From positions 1,244 through 65,243 of the forward strand of contig CASEKF010000033.1 of NCBI GenBank assembly GCA_949288455.1: DNA of 64,000 bases. The letters run 5' to 3'. Below the pieces are notes generated by a model. That model was given only the letters and a program-made list of their open reading frames with translations, was not told where the DNA came from and made no database searches. How positions within the stretch are numbered: the first letter of the stretch is position 1; the number at the start of each line of letters is the position of its first letter. This document shows positions 51,148-61,028 of the stretch, piece after piece. The position numbers and the translations under genes were made by a program. This stretch comes from an uncultured bacterium. Its GTDB lineage: Bacteria > Vulcanimicrobiota > CADAWZ01.

Positions 51148-52035
51148 CTAATGTTTCAACGGATGTCTTTCCAAAAAGGAAAGAATATCTCCGCCTGCCT
51201 CTTCTCCGGCATCTTCAAGAATATAATGGCCGGAATACGGAAAAATCTTTATCTCCGCATTAGGAAAATCTTTTTCCCACCTTTCAAAAAAATGCTTGTC
51301 AAACACAAAATCTTGTCCGGCCCAGCATATTAAAACCGGAAGAGAATTAAAATCCGAAAGTTTCTTCTCCGTTTCTTTCAATACGTTCCAAGAAACATGT
51401 CCCGGCGAAAGAGGAACGTCTAAAATAAAAGCCAAAACGCCATAACGATTTTTCCAAGAATCATAAGGATACAAATACATATTTTTAACGTCTTCAGACA
51501 TTTTCTTTTTAACGCAAAAAATATTGGCTCCTTTGGAAAACAGATTCATACCTTGAACAAGAAGAGGCCCTAATAAATTATTTTTACACAAAGCTATCAT
51601 CCAGGGGAAAGGGCGCCCGTCGGGAAGGCCAAAAGCCGCCGAATTAAGGACTACTATCCTCTTGACGGTTTCAGGATGCCTAGCGGCGTAAGTCATGCCT
51701 ACTAAAGCTCCCCAATCATGCATCACAAGAGTTAAATCGTTAATATTAAGACTTTTAACAAGGGCGTATATATTTTCGGCCCTATCGGATAAGGCATAAG
51801 AATAGCGTTCTTTAGAAGGCTTATCCGAAAGTCCGCTCCCGATATGATCCGGAGCTACGCACCTATATTTATGCGAAAGAAGTTTTATTAGGTCTCTATA
51901 AAAAAAAGACCACGTAGGATTGCCATGAAGCATTAAAACGACTTCTCCGGCCCCTTCGTCTATATAATGCATTTTAAGTTTATTAATATCCAAGAAATTA
52001 CTTTTAAAAGGATACAAGACTTTATTTAAATTCAC
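51148..52035 (-). CDS. oleB: OleB, alpha/beta-hydrolase (haloalkane-dehalogenase-like beta-lactone decarboxylase)
   Basis: 295 aa with HGNPTWSFFYR and a nucleophile elbow (VMHDWGA). Confidence 0.75.
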   Translation of the reverse strand: MNLNKVLYPFKSNFLDINKLKMHYIDEGAGEVVLMLHGNPTWSFFYRDLIKLLSHKYRCVAPDHIGSGLSDKPSKERYSYALSDRAENIYALVKSLNINDLTLVMHDWGALVGMTYAARHPETVKRIVVLNSAAFGLPDGRPFPWMIALCKNNLLGPLLVQGMNLFSKGANIFCVKKKMSEDVKNMYLYPYDSWKNRYGVLAFILDVPLSPGHVSWNVLKETEKKLSDFNSLPVLICWAGQDFVFDKHFFERWEKDFPNAEIKIFPYSGHYILEDAGEEAGGDILSFLERHPLKH

Positions 52036-52039
52036 CGAG

Positions 52040-53080
52040 CTACCACTCCAATCCGAGCATCATACAATTCAGTCCGCTGCCTATGCCCATAAATGCAGTT
52101 TTCATATTTTTCTTCAGAAATCCGCGTTCTTCCGCTATAGCCGCAGTTATCGGAAGAGAAACGGTACCCATGTTTCCTAAGTAAGGATACGTAACGAAAT
52201 CCCTGTCTACAGACAGACCTAAGGCTTTCAGCACCGCGATCCTATGGGCCAATCCTACTTGATGGCAGATAGTTCCGTCTATGTCTTCAATATTCCATCC
52301 CGAATTTTTCAAAAACGTTTTCCATGTCAATTTCGCGAGCTCAACCCCATTTTTGAGAACAGCCGAAGAATCGGTCAGCATAAACATACGTTCCAGCTCT
52401 CCGGATACCTTTTCCATTCCCCAAGTACACAGCTTGTTAAATTCAGGAGCGGCGCAAGAGGCGGAATAAAGAAGTTTTCTATCTTTATTTCCAAAACTTC
52501 CGTCGGTAAGTATTAGAGCCGAGCTTCCGCTTCCTCCGGTCAAGACTGCGATTGAAGCGAGAAATAAACCTATATCGGATCCTTCTGATAATTTTCTTAT
52601 GGTAACTTCATTTATTTCTCTTGCTGATTCGGCCGATACGACCATTCCGGCTTTTATATGTCCAAGCTCGATATGAGAGGCGATCTCTATAACGGCGTTA
52701 ATAACTCCAAGACAAGCGTTGCTCAGATCAAAGATCATAGCGTTACGCCCTATCCCAAGCCTATCGGCGGCCGCTGTGGCGGTAGCGGGTTCGAAATTGT
52801 CCCGACAAACTCCGGCGTATATAAGCAGCTCAATATCCTCAGGTCTGACATAGGATTTAGCGAAAGCTTTTGCTCCGGCTTCAGCCGCGCATTCGGCTAA
52901 ACTTACGCCCGGTTCCCACCAACGTCTTTCGTAAATGCCCGTCATTTCCTCAAGCTGTCCTTCGGGTATATGGAGCTTTTCAAAAACATGAGACAGCCGC
53001 TCCTCCAGATCCGACGTCATAACGATAGTCGAAGGCAAATGATAGCTTATAGCGTCGACAAATACTTTAGAAAATTTCAT
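52040..53080 (-). CDS. oleA: OleA, thiolase-superfamily condensing enzyme (FabH-like, head-to-head Claisen condensation)
   Basis: 346 aa, near-collinear with Xanthomonas OleA (FDLSNACLGVINAV active Cys, C-terminal IGSGLNCMMLGLEW). Confidence 0.85.
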   Translation of the reverse strand: MKFSKVFVDAISYHLPSTIVMTSDLEERLSHVFEKLHIPEGQLEEMTGIYERRWWEPGVSLAECAAEAGAKAFAKSYVRPEDIELLIYAGVCRDNFEPATATAAADRLGIGRNAMIFDLSNACLGVINAVIEIASHIELGHIKAGMVVSAESAREINEVTIRKLSEGSDIGLFLASIAVLTGGSGSSALILTDGSFGNKDRKLLYSASCAAPEFNKLCTWGMEKVSGELERMFMLTDSSAVLKNGVELAKLTWKTFLKNSGWNIEDIDGTICHQVGLAHRIAVLKALGLSVDRDFVTYPYLGNMGTVSLPITAAIAEERGFLKKNMKTAFMGIGSGLNCMMLGLEW

Positions 53081-53167
53081 TTTTTTATGTTTCCAAACGA
53101 TAAATTACTTGAATAATTTTTCCGAGATAAAGTTAAAAACCTTCTTCAAAGAAGCGTTATTTATTGT

Positions 53168-56100
53168 CTATCGCTTAATTTTAATCGAAAAACCCTCCAT
53201 AGAATATATATTTCTGCCGTCTACGGACAAAATTCCGTCGCATATCAGAACTCCTTCTTCAAGAAAGCGAGATTTTACCCATACCAAAACCTTAACTCTG
53301 GAATCCGAAGGAATTATCTGCCCTCTATAAGTCCACTTGTGAGAGGACATAGGAAGCAAAGACGAAAAACCGCTAATATTTGCAGAAGTTCCTTTTGCAA
53401 AATAGACAGCCATATATTTCATAAGAGAAATCATAGATTCAAGACCAAGAGATCCCGGTATTACAGGATCTTGATAAAAATGAGCTTTGAAAAACCAGGA
53501 ATCAGGCTCCACGTACAAAACGCCTTCTATGAGTCCTAAGCCAAAAGGTCCCCCGTCGGGATAAAAAGCCGAAATTTCATCTATCATTCCCAACTTTTTA
53601 GAGGGAAAAGGAGAACCGAAAGGATACGGACCCTTAAAAACAGAACCATGAGAAACTCCGGGAGAAGGGATATCTAGATCCCTTATGCCTATCTGATTTT
53701 TAAGAGCTTCTTTCGAAAAGAAACCAAAATAAGTCGTTCCTTCATATACTAAGCCGCGTTCATCGAAAACTTTAAGCGAATAATTTTGAATCAGCATTCC
53801 GGCGGCTTGAGAAACTTTATCGAGAACAACTTTAGTTTCCAACAGTTTGGTATTCCTAGTCGCCGCGCGGATGACTCTGGCTTCTCCGCCCAAATTTCGA
53901 AACGAGAGATCTTCCGAAGAAGTCAAAGCCGAACCGAGATAAGCGGCCAGCCAACCGCAAGGTTGCAGAGCGACTTCCAGAAGGATGGAAAAAGGCATGG
54001 AATCTAAAGAAGATTCGTCAAAATACCATTCGTCTCCTGATATATCATATTGCGCGACAGCCGAAGCCGGAGCGGTTAAAACCCATTTTTCGCCCGAAAC
54101 TTCTACTATTCGATCCAAAAATTTATAAGGAGGTCTTGGAAGCCTAGCGATAATTCTATCTTCGTCAAAGGGTTTATACTTGTCTCCAAAAGCCTTTGAA
54201 GGTTTGCCGGCGGCAAACTCCATTATAGATTCGTTATCATACGCCGCCTTTTTGATTTCAGCTTTAAAAGGCGCGGAAACGTTATGCCATATTGCCTCTA
54301 ATTTCTGCTTACCGCTTCCGGTTAATTGAATGGACATATTGAGCATTTCTACGACAGGCTTATCGTCGGCGTACATTAAAGCGTCAGCTAAAGCGTAAGG
54401 ATAAGGATTATATCCGATTTCTTTTACCGATATTTTAAACGAAGCTTTTTTAGTCGAAGCCGTGACCTGCCCTCTGCACTTTAAAGAACTTGAAACTCCC
54501 TGAACAGGCTCCCAGCGGCATTCCGAAGCTTCCCCGACAAAACCGGCTCTCATTAAAAAAAACCTCAACGTATGCATACAGCACTCGTACATCAAAGTGC
54601 CCGGCATCACATTGTCGTCTGAAAAGTGACAAACCAGGAACCAATCGTCAGGATGAATATCAAGTTCGGAAACGATGGATCCCAGAGAATATTTTCCGCC
54701 GCAGGGCGAAAGCGACACTACTCTGTCAATAAGCTTCATATATTTATGAGAAGGCAAGGCCGCTACCCGTTTTATCGGGAGGTTTTCAAACAGCTCTCCA
54801 AAACAACCTCCCGGATTGCCTTTGCGAAGTTCGTTTAAAGCGGCATCTCCGTAAGCTTCTTCAAAAATAATCTCCACGGGAAATTCAAAACCGTTCTTTA
54901 AAACTCCGGCTACAGGCTTCAAATCAAGTCCGGTACGTATAAGTCCTCTGCCGGAATCCAGCTGTTCCCGCGTAAAAAAGCCCGCGCATCCGTTTGTCAT
55001 AGACAAAAGCTTTCTGCCTGAAACAAAACTTTCAAAATTAAAATAGAACAGCCAAGTTGATCCTTGAGTAAAAAACCTTTCTATATTTATTTCATAACGA
55101 ATAGTTTCTCCGGGAGAAGGCAAAGAACCATGAAAAGATATCTTAGCGTCTAAAAGTCTATAAACGGCCAATCCTTTCGTTATTTTATCGATACCAAGCC
55201 AGGCCGAAAGAAATAAATCGGATTGCCCCGCTTCTACCGCTATGCAAGTCGGTATAACTCCGTTATCCAAATACCAACGATCGGGCAAAACGTCATGCTC
55301 GGTAACGACTCTTCCTGAAGTCAAAGACATAGGCTCTCCCTCTACGCTTATGATTCTATCGACAAGCATTAAGGGTTCGTCTGGAAGTCTGACTCTGGTT
55401 GGATGAGAGTCTATAAAAGCAAATTTTTCTCCTAAGACACGGCCTATAGAGCCTACCGCAAACTCCATGCAGCTCTCTCTATCCATAAAAACTGTTTTTG
55501 CTACCGAAGGCGAGTCAATATGTTCGCAAGCCGAAATATGAAGCGGCTCCGGAAACGTCTGTTCCAAAATACCCGGCCGTAAAGAAGACAAAGCCAATAG
55601 AGAAGACGTCAGCTCGAACGATAAAGTTAAAAATTCTGAATGAGCCCTGCTCTGAGCGGTTAGAATCCGTAACAAAGCATCCGTATCAACGTAAGGTTCA
55701 TCAACGTTGCAGGTTTTTAAATCTCTCTTGACGTTAATATCCGCAGATTGATCTTTTATAAGATTCGGCGAAGGACAATCTCTATTATTCGAGGCGATAA
55801 GAGGAAGTTTTTCTTTATAATTAGCGCGAACGCGAGACGCTTTATCCGCGACGGAGCCCGTTCGATCGGCTGCGTCCAGTTTAAATTTCTCGGCTCTTTT
55901 TAAAAATGGTTCGGGAGCGAGCGAAACGATCATCCCGGATTTTAGAGAAGGAACGCGGCGATCAAATAAAGGCTCGGGATTAAAATTGACGCCAAAGACG
56001 AAAAGTTCAGCGCAAAGCGTAATAAGCGCAGTTATTTCCGATTCGCCCTCCCTAGTCATGTTTACGGCGAGATGAGGCCGATTTTTCAATATAGCGTTTA

Positions 56101-59100
56101 TCATTCTGGAACAAGACTTGCCCGGGCCTACTTCGATAAAAATTCTAACGCCGTCTTCGTAAGCTCGATTTATAACGGCAGGGAAATCAATCGTATCGGA
56201 AGCTTGAGCCAAAATAGCATCGGCTATCGATTCCGACGTAGGTTCGAAACATCTTCCCCATGCCGAACTATAGAAAGATATTTGTTCAGGGTTATCGGCG
56301 GGGAAAAAATGCAAATCGCGGTATTTGTCCGCCACCGGCTTCACAACCTCGCAATGTACTGAGGTGACTCCCTTTATAGGCAAAAGTTCGCAGCCTAAAT
56401 CTTTTGCCAATCTTAAAACCTCATTTTTATCTCCTCCTATAACGCAATCTTCAGGAGTATTTATTATTAAAAGATAAACTTTTTTTCTGTCTTTGAGCAA
56501 TGATTTAATTTTATCAGGCGGAGCCGCGACTACTCCTATGAGCCAATTAATCTTCTCCGAAACTCCCCAAGTTTTTTTGACCGCGTTAAAATCTCCGGCT
56601 AAATCGGAAGTAAAAAGAGACGAAGAGAGCATCTTCTCTCGCATTTTGTCCCTGCTTTTCCAAACCCTTAGAGCCGTTACTCCGGCCATTTCGCCGAGGG
56701 AATAACCTATTGAAACGTCAGGCTTCACGCCTAAAAAACATAATACGTCCGAAGCGATCGAAGACATTGCGGTCTGGCCCTGCAGCAGAGCGGGATGATT
56801 ATCCGCTACGGCTTCGGCATCCATTCCGCTCCAGAATATGTCCGGAAGGATCTGGTCTTTAAGCCTCATATTCTCTCTATCCTGAACGTTCATCACTTCG
56901 GGGAATCTTAAGGCAAGTTCCCTGCCCATACCCATATAATAATTTCCCGAGCCCGGGAATACGAAAGCTAACTTGCCTTTTAAAGAAGGATCGGGCTTGC
57001 CAATAAAAATAGAGGAAGACGTTTTGGGAAAAAGATCAGCCAAATTCCTTAGTTCCGCGGCGCTTTCCGCAACTACGGCGCACCTCAAATCTCCGGAGCC
57101 GATTTCTTCGCTCTCGTAAAATAAACGAGCGGCTTGACTAAAGCTAAAAGCCGAATTTTCCATAAAATCAGCCGCCTTTTGAAGTTTTTTCTTTAACTCG
57201 CTTTCCGAATAACCTGAAAAGAAGAAAATCTCTTTCTTTTGGAAGCGGTGTATATGCTCCGGTTTTGCGGCTCCTTCGGAGATAAAAATTTTTCGCGACG
57301 TCCCATTTATATTTACGGCAGAAACCTCCGTTTTCAAAGGTTCGTCGGCTCTGTTTCTAAGAGCGTAGGAGCCGAAAAAGCGATATCTGTCTTTCAAAAA
57401 AAGACACTGCAGCGCAAGCTCTAAAGCTCCTCCGCAGCAGCCGAAAGAAAGGGCTTCTAAAGACTGCGGAACTAACGAAGCATTGTCGACGACAGCGCCG
57501 TCTATCACCGCGTAAATTTTATTTCCGTCCTTTAAGGCGTCGTCGAAACGTTTCAAAACGAAAGCGACGGCGGAGTCTCGAAAATTAATCTTTTGGGAAT
57601 ATATTTTTCTTTTAGCGAACGCCGCGCGATCATCCGACGCCATATCTGCGCTTCCGGCGACGGCCAGAGAAATTTCCCCTAAAGACAAGGCTCTTACCGC
57701 TTCGGAGACCGCGGCTAAACCTCCTGTCTCCGCTTCCGACATCGTAAAAGAAGAATTAGAGCACTTAAATTCCCGAGCTATTCGGCTGGCAGTTATGCTT
57801 CCTAAAGAACCCATAGTTCTGTTAGCGTTTAACGGCGGAGCAAAACGATCGCTACCGGTTTTCCACCTAACGTAAAAATCGGTAGAGGAAAAATCAAAAC
57901 TTATTCCTATAAATACTCCTCCGTCCTTAAGTTCGTCTTCGGAAACTCCCGAATCTACAACGGCTTCTTTAGCCGTAAACAACATGGCTTTTTGCTGAGG
58001 CAAGGCTTCCTTAAGTTCGTTAGGCGGAATTCTAAAAGATCCGTAAGGTATTCTAGTCGGATTCATAAAACGAGCCCCGTCTTCCTCTCCGCAAGCTCGC
58101 GCAGATTCAAATTCATACGCGTTATCTGCTCCTCCGGTTCTCAAGGCCAAACCAATCACGGCGACTTTTACGGAAGGTTTTAAAAATACGGAAGAATATA
58201 TTTTACGTTCGCTCGGAACATAATTTTCAACGAGTAAATGAGCGTTTATACCTCCGAATCCAAAAGCGCTGACAGCCGCCTTTTTATGAATAGAATCCCA
58301 TTTTTCAGCCTTCTTCAAAACTTCAAAAGGCGAACATGAAAGAGGCACGGAAGGATCCTCAAAATTAGCCGTAGGCGGCAAAAGGCCACGGTTGACGGAA
58401 AGAAGCGCTTTCAAAATTCCGGCTCCTCCGGCTCCGGTGAGCAAATGCCCTATATTTGATTTCGAACTGGAGAGGACATGACGTTTTTTATTTGAAGGAT
58501 AAGCGTTAAAAAGCGCGGTTAAACTGTCGAACTCAATTCTATCTCCTACCGGAGTCCCGGTGGCATGACACTCGAAAAGCTCTACGTCCCAAGGAGACCA
58601 GCCGGTCTGTTCGTAAGCCTTTTTCATAGATCTTAACTGTCCTTCCGAAGAAGGAGACAAAAGACTTCCGGAAATATCGTTTGACAACCCTACGGCTCTA
58701 ATGATTCCATATATTCTGTCTCCGTCCTTAAGAGCGTCGTCAAACCTTTTAAGAGCCACGATTCCGGCTCCTTCTCCTATGACGAGTCCCTTGCCCTTTT
58801 TGTCAAAAGGAGCGCAAATTCCGTCCGACGACAAAGCCGAAAGCTGAGTGAAACCTATGGCGGTATACATACAATCCGGCCTCGAGACTCCTCCTGCCAG
58901 CATGAGATCGGCTTCTCCGCAAGTCAGTCGATCGCATGCAAGTTTTATAGCGTAAAGGGATGAAGCGCATGCGGCGTCTAAAGTAACAGCTTCCCCCTTA
59001 AAACCTAAAGATTTCGCAAGAGAAATAGCGGTAAAGGAGTTAACGAAAGAATTTAAGGGATTTACCGTAACCGAATCCGCCGATTCGGCCAATTCGCATG

Positions 59101-59506
59101 CAAGCCTGGACGCCGTCTCGGTAGGCAAAGCTATGCTGCCTAATATAACTCCGGCTCTATCCAAAGAAATATTAGAAGAATTAACTTCGGCGAAGGCATC
59201 TTGTCCGGCAGCCATCGCTATCAGAAACAGAGGATCAAACGATAGGATCGTTTCCTTTGAAAAAGCTCCGGCTTTAAGGCGTGAAGGATCGGGCGTATCT
59301 ACGAAACAACCCATATCCGACGCTGCTTTATCAGGAGCTTTCTCCCTTGACAACGCCTGTTCGACAGGTAGAACCCATCTTCCGGCCGGAACATGCCTAA
59401 CGGCTGACTCGGCGTTTTCCACAAGCTTCCAAAAACCGTCCAAATTTCCGCAGCCGGGCAAAACTCCGCCCAAACCGACTACGGCGACGTCATAACACTT
59501 ATTCAT
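53168..59506 (-). CDS. PUFA-synthase PfaC/Pfa3-like multidomain enzyme: KS, CLF-like KS, AT, tandem FabA-like DH domains
   Basis: Probable start is MNKCYD at 59506 (GGAGG RBS upstream). The ORF extends to 59593. KS1 has DAACASSL/ECHATGT/KSNIGH. KS2 lacks the Cys (SEAETGG). AT has GYSLGEMAG. There are two FabA-type hotdog pairs (CHFSDDNVMPGTLMYE and AHFYQDPVIPGSLGLE). No ACP, KR or ER is seen. Confidence 0.85.
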   Translation of the reverse strand: MNKCYDVAVVGLGGVLPGCGNLDGFWKLVENAESAVRHVPAGRWVLPVEQALSREKAPDKAASDMGCFVDTPDPSRLKAGAFSKETILSFDPLFLIAMAAGQDAFAEVNSSNISLDRAGVILGSIALPTETASRLACELAESADSVTVNPLNSFVNSFTAISLAKSLGFKGEAVTLDAACASSLYAIKLACDRLTCGEADLMLAGGVSRPDCMYTAIGFTQLSALSSDGICAPFDKKGKGLVIGEGAGIVALKRFDDALKDGDRIYGIIRAVGLSNDISGSLLSPSSEGQLRSMKKAYEQTGWSPWDVELFECHATGTPVGDRIEFDSLTALFNAYPSNKKRHVLSSSKSNIGHLLTGAGGAGILKALLSVNRGLLPPTANFEDPSVPLSCSPFEVLKKAEKWDSIHKKAAVSAFGFGGINAHLLVENYVPSERKIYSSVFLKPSVKVAVIGLALRTGGADNAYEFESARACGEEDGARFMNPTRIPYGSFRIPPNELKEALPQQKAMLFTAKEAVVDSGVSEDELKDGGVFIGISFDFSSTDFYVRWKTGSDRFAPPLNANRTMGSLGSITASRIAREFKCSNSSFTMSEAETGGLAAVSEAVRALSLGEISLAVAGSADMASDDRAAFAKRKIYSQKINFRDSAVAFVLKRFDDALKDGNKIYAVIDGAVVDNASLVPQSLEALSFGCCGGALELALQCLFLKDRYRFFGSYALRNRADEPLKTEVSAVNINGTSRKIFISEGAAKPEHIHRFQKKEIFFFSGYSESELKKKLQKAADFMENSAFSFSQAARLFYESEEIGSGDLRCAVVAESAAELRNLADLFPKTSSSIFIGKPDPSLKGKLAFVFPGSGNYYMGMGRELALRFPEVMNVQDRENMRLKDQILPDIFWSGMDAEAVADNHPALLQGQTAMSSIASDVLCFLGVKPDVSIGYSLGEMAGVTALRVWKSRDKMREKMLSSSLFTSDLAGDFNAVKKTWGVSEKINWLIGVVAAPPDKIKSLLKDRKKVYLLIINTPEDCVIGGDKNEVLRLAKDLGCELLPIKGVTSVHCEVVKPVADKYRDLHFFPADNPEQISFYSSAWGRCFEPTSESIADAILAQASDTIDFPAVINRAYEDGVRIFIEVGPGKSCSRMINAILKNRPHLAVNMTREGESEITALITLCAELFVFGVNFNPEPLFDRRVPSLKSGMIVSLAPEPFLKRAEKFKLDAADRTGSVADKASRVRANYKEKLPLIASNNRDCPSPNLIKDQSADINVKRDLKTCNVDEPYVDTDALLRILTAQSRAHSEFLTLSFELTSSLLALSSLRPGILEQTFPEPLHISACEHIDSPSVAKTVFMDRESCMEFAVGSIGRVLGEKFAFIDSHPTRVRLPDEPLMLVDRIISVEGEPMSLTSGRVVTEHDVLPDRWYLDNGVIPTCIAVEAGQSDLFLSAWLGIDKITKGLAVYRLLDAKISFHGSLPSPGETIRYEINIERFFTQGSTWLFYFNFESFVSGRKLLSMTNGCAGFFTREQLDSGRGLIRTGLDLKPVAGVLKNGFEFPVEIIFEEAYGDAALNELRKGNPGGCFGELFENLPIKRVAALPSHKYMKLIDRVVSLSPCGGKYSLGSIVSELDIHPDDWFLVCHFSDDNVMPGTLMYECCMHTLRFFLMRAGFVGEASECRWEPVQGVSSSLKCRGQVTASTKKASFKISVKEIGYNPYPYALADALMYADDKPVVEMLNMSIQLTGSGKQKLEAIWHNVSAPFKAEIKKAAYDNESIMEFAAGKPSKAFGDKYKPFDEDRIIARLPRPPYKFLDRIVEVSGEKWVLTAPASAVAQYDISGDEWYFDESSLDSMPFSILLEVALQPCGWLAAYLGSALTSSEDLSFRNLGGEARVIRAATRNTKLLETKVVLDKVSQAAGMLIQNYSLKVFDERGLVYEGTTYFGFFSKEALKNQIGIRDLDIPSPGVSHGSVFKGPYPFGSPFPSKKLGMIDEISAFYPDGGPFGLGLIEGVLYVEPDSWFFKAHFYQDPVIPGSLGLESMISLMKYMAVYFAKGTSANISGFSSLLPMSSHKWTYRGQIIPSDSRVKVLVWVKSRFLEEGVLICDGILSVDGRNIYSMEGFSIKIKR

Positions 59507-59917
59507 CAAAAGCCTCCATACGTTGAATGCCTCTCGGCCAAGCGGACAAACGCGCGAAAATATCTCAGTCAATATAAAAACAAATGACCGCAATAAAAAC
59601 GATTTTATTCACGCTGAAAACACGTTCCGATATTGCAAATTATCCGCTTTAAAAGAAGAAAAACAGCCTATATCATTTTATACGCCGTTTTTCAGCTAAC
59701 TGCATTTAATTCTTTAATATTTTACGATATCCTTTAACTGACGGCTAAAGCTTATGTCTAAACGACATAATTGAAAGAATCGGCGAAAGGCGTCTGATAA
59801 CGTCATATAAAATAAGCCGAGGAATAAACAAAAATCAATTTAACGAGCAAAGTATTTTTCAACTATTTTCAAAATTCGGCGAAGTGATAAAAAGCTCAAA
59901 ATTTTATAAAAAAGCTA

Positions 59918-59946
59918 TTGACAAATTCAAAAACGGAAGATATAAT
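59918..59946 (+). promoter_or_regulatory. Consensus sigma70 promoter of the tRNA operon
   Basis: TTGACA, a 17-bp spacer, then TATAAT. Lies about 40 nt upstream of the tRNA-Pro 5' end. Confidence 0.8.
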
Positions 59947-59986
59947 AACATCACTGCGACGGAAGATTTCCATAAAGCAGATGAAT

Positions 59987-60061
59987 CGGGGCGTAGCGCA
60001 GCTTGGCTAGCGCATCTGGTTTGGGACCAGGGGGTCGGAGGTTCAAATCCTCTCGCCCCGA
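59987..60061 (+). tRNA. tRNA-Pro (anticodon TGG)
   Basis: Manually folded cloverleaf with anticodon loop TTTGGGA and 7-bp acceptor CGGGGCG/CGCCCCG. Confidence 0.9.
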
Positions 60062-60080
60062 TAGGGAGTCCCATTAAAAT

Positions 60081-60157
<77 letters not shown>

Positions 60158-60167
60158 TTAGATACGC

Positions 60168-60242
60168 GGTGAGCGTAGCTCAGCTGGTTAGAGCGCCGGT
60201 CTGTGGAACCGGAGGTCGTGGGTTCGAATCCCATCGCTCACC
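60168..60242 (+). tRNA. tRNA-His (anticodon GTG)
   Basis: Loop CTGTGGA, encoded G-1, acceptor GTGAGCG/CGCTCAC. Confidence 0.9.
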
Positions 60243-60288
60243 TTTCCGTCAGGCAATTTCGTTAATTGTTTAATTTTTGTTTTCATAA

Positions 60289-60361
60289 GGGTCGTTAGCT
60301 CAGTTGGCAGAGCACCTGACTTTTAATCAGGGTGTCACAGGTTCGAATCCTGTACGACCTA
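60289..60361 (+). tRNA. tRNA-Lys (anticodon TTT)
   Basis: Anticodon stem CCTGA/TCAGG with loop CTTTTAA. Confidence 0.9.
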
Positions 60362-60453
60362 TTATTATTGCGAGTCGTCGTTAGTATTCAAGATAAAGCG
60401 GCTCTTACGGGCGTAGCCGGTTTTAATCCTGCACGGCCTATCTTAGTTATTTT

Positions 60454-60526
60454 GGGCCATTAGCTCAGTTGGTAGAGCACCTGACTCTTAATCAGGGTGT
60501 CGCGGGTTCGAGCCCCTCATGGCCCA
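60454..60526 (+). tRNA. tRNA-Lys (anticodon CTT)
   Basis: Loop CTCTTAA, acceptor GGGCCAT/ATGGCCC. Confidence 0.9.
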
Positions 60527-60542
60527 TCGCTCAAAATTTAAA

Positions 60543-60624
60543 GGGCGAGTGGCGGAATTGGCAGACGCGCTAGACTTAGGATCTAGTGGCTTAGGTCGTG
60601 GGGGTTCAAGTCCCTTCTCGCCCA
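60543..60624 (+). tRNA. tRNA-Leu (anticodon TAG), class II with long variable arm
   Basis: Loop CTTAGGA, 3-bp D stem, long extra arm. Confidence 0.85.
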
Positions 60625-60692
60625 TTATGATCGATGACGGTTATAAGATTTAAAGCTTATGCAAGCTTAATTTCAAATATTAAAATTTTTAC

Positions 60693-60765
60693 GCGGAAGT
60701 AGCTCAGCGGCTAGAGCATCGCCTTGCCAAGGCGGGGGTCGAGGGTTCGAATCCCTTCTTCCGCT
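60693..60765 (+). tRNA. tRNA-Gly (anticodon GCC)
   Basis: Loop TTGCCAA, acceptor GCGGAAG/CTTCCGC, discriminator U. Confidence 0.85.
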
Positions 60766-61000
60766 CTTATAGTCAATTAAATACTTGGGGCATAAGGCTC
60801 TTTTAAAATCAGCTTAAAGCCTTAGCGAATAAAGCGGCTCAAAATAACATTCGTCAATTTGACGCTATCGGGAACGCAACTCAAGTGAAATTTACGAATA
60901 TTTAAGCCGCAAAAAATACCTCTAAAATTCAATTTATCTTTTAGGGGATTGGCTTCGAAGAGCGAACCGCAGAAAACGCCGCCTTCGAGCATATTGTTGG

Positions 61001-61028
61001 GCCGCCGGCGAACGCGGCTATTTTTTTT
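61001..61028 (+). terminator. Rho-independent terminator, likely the end of the tRNA operon
   Basis: gccgc-cggcgaac-gcggc hairpin followed by T8. Confidence 0.6.
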
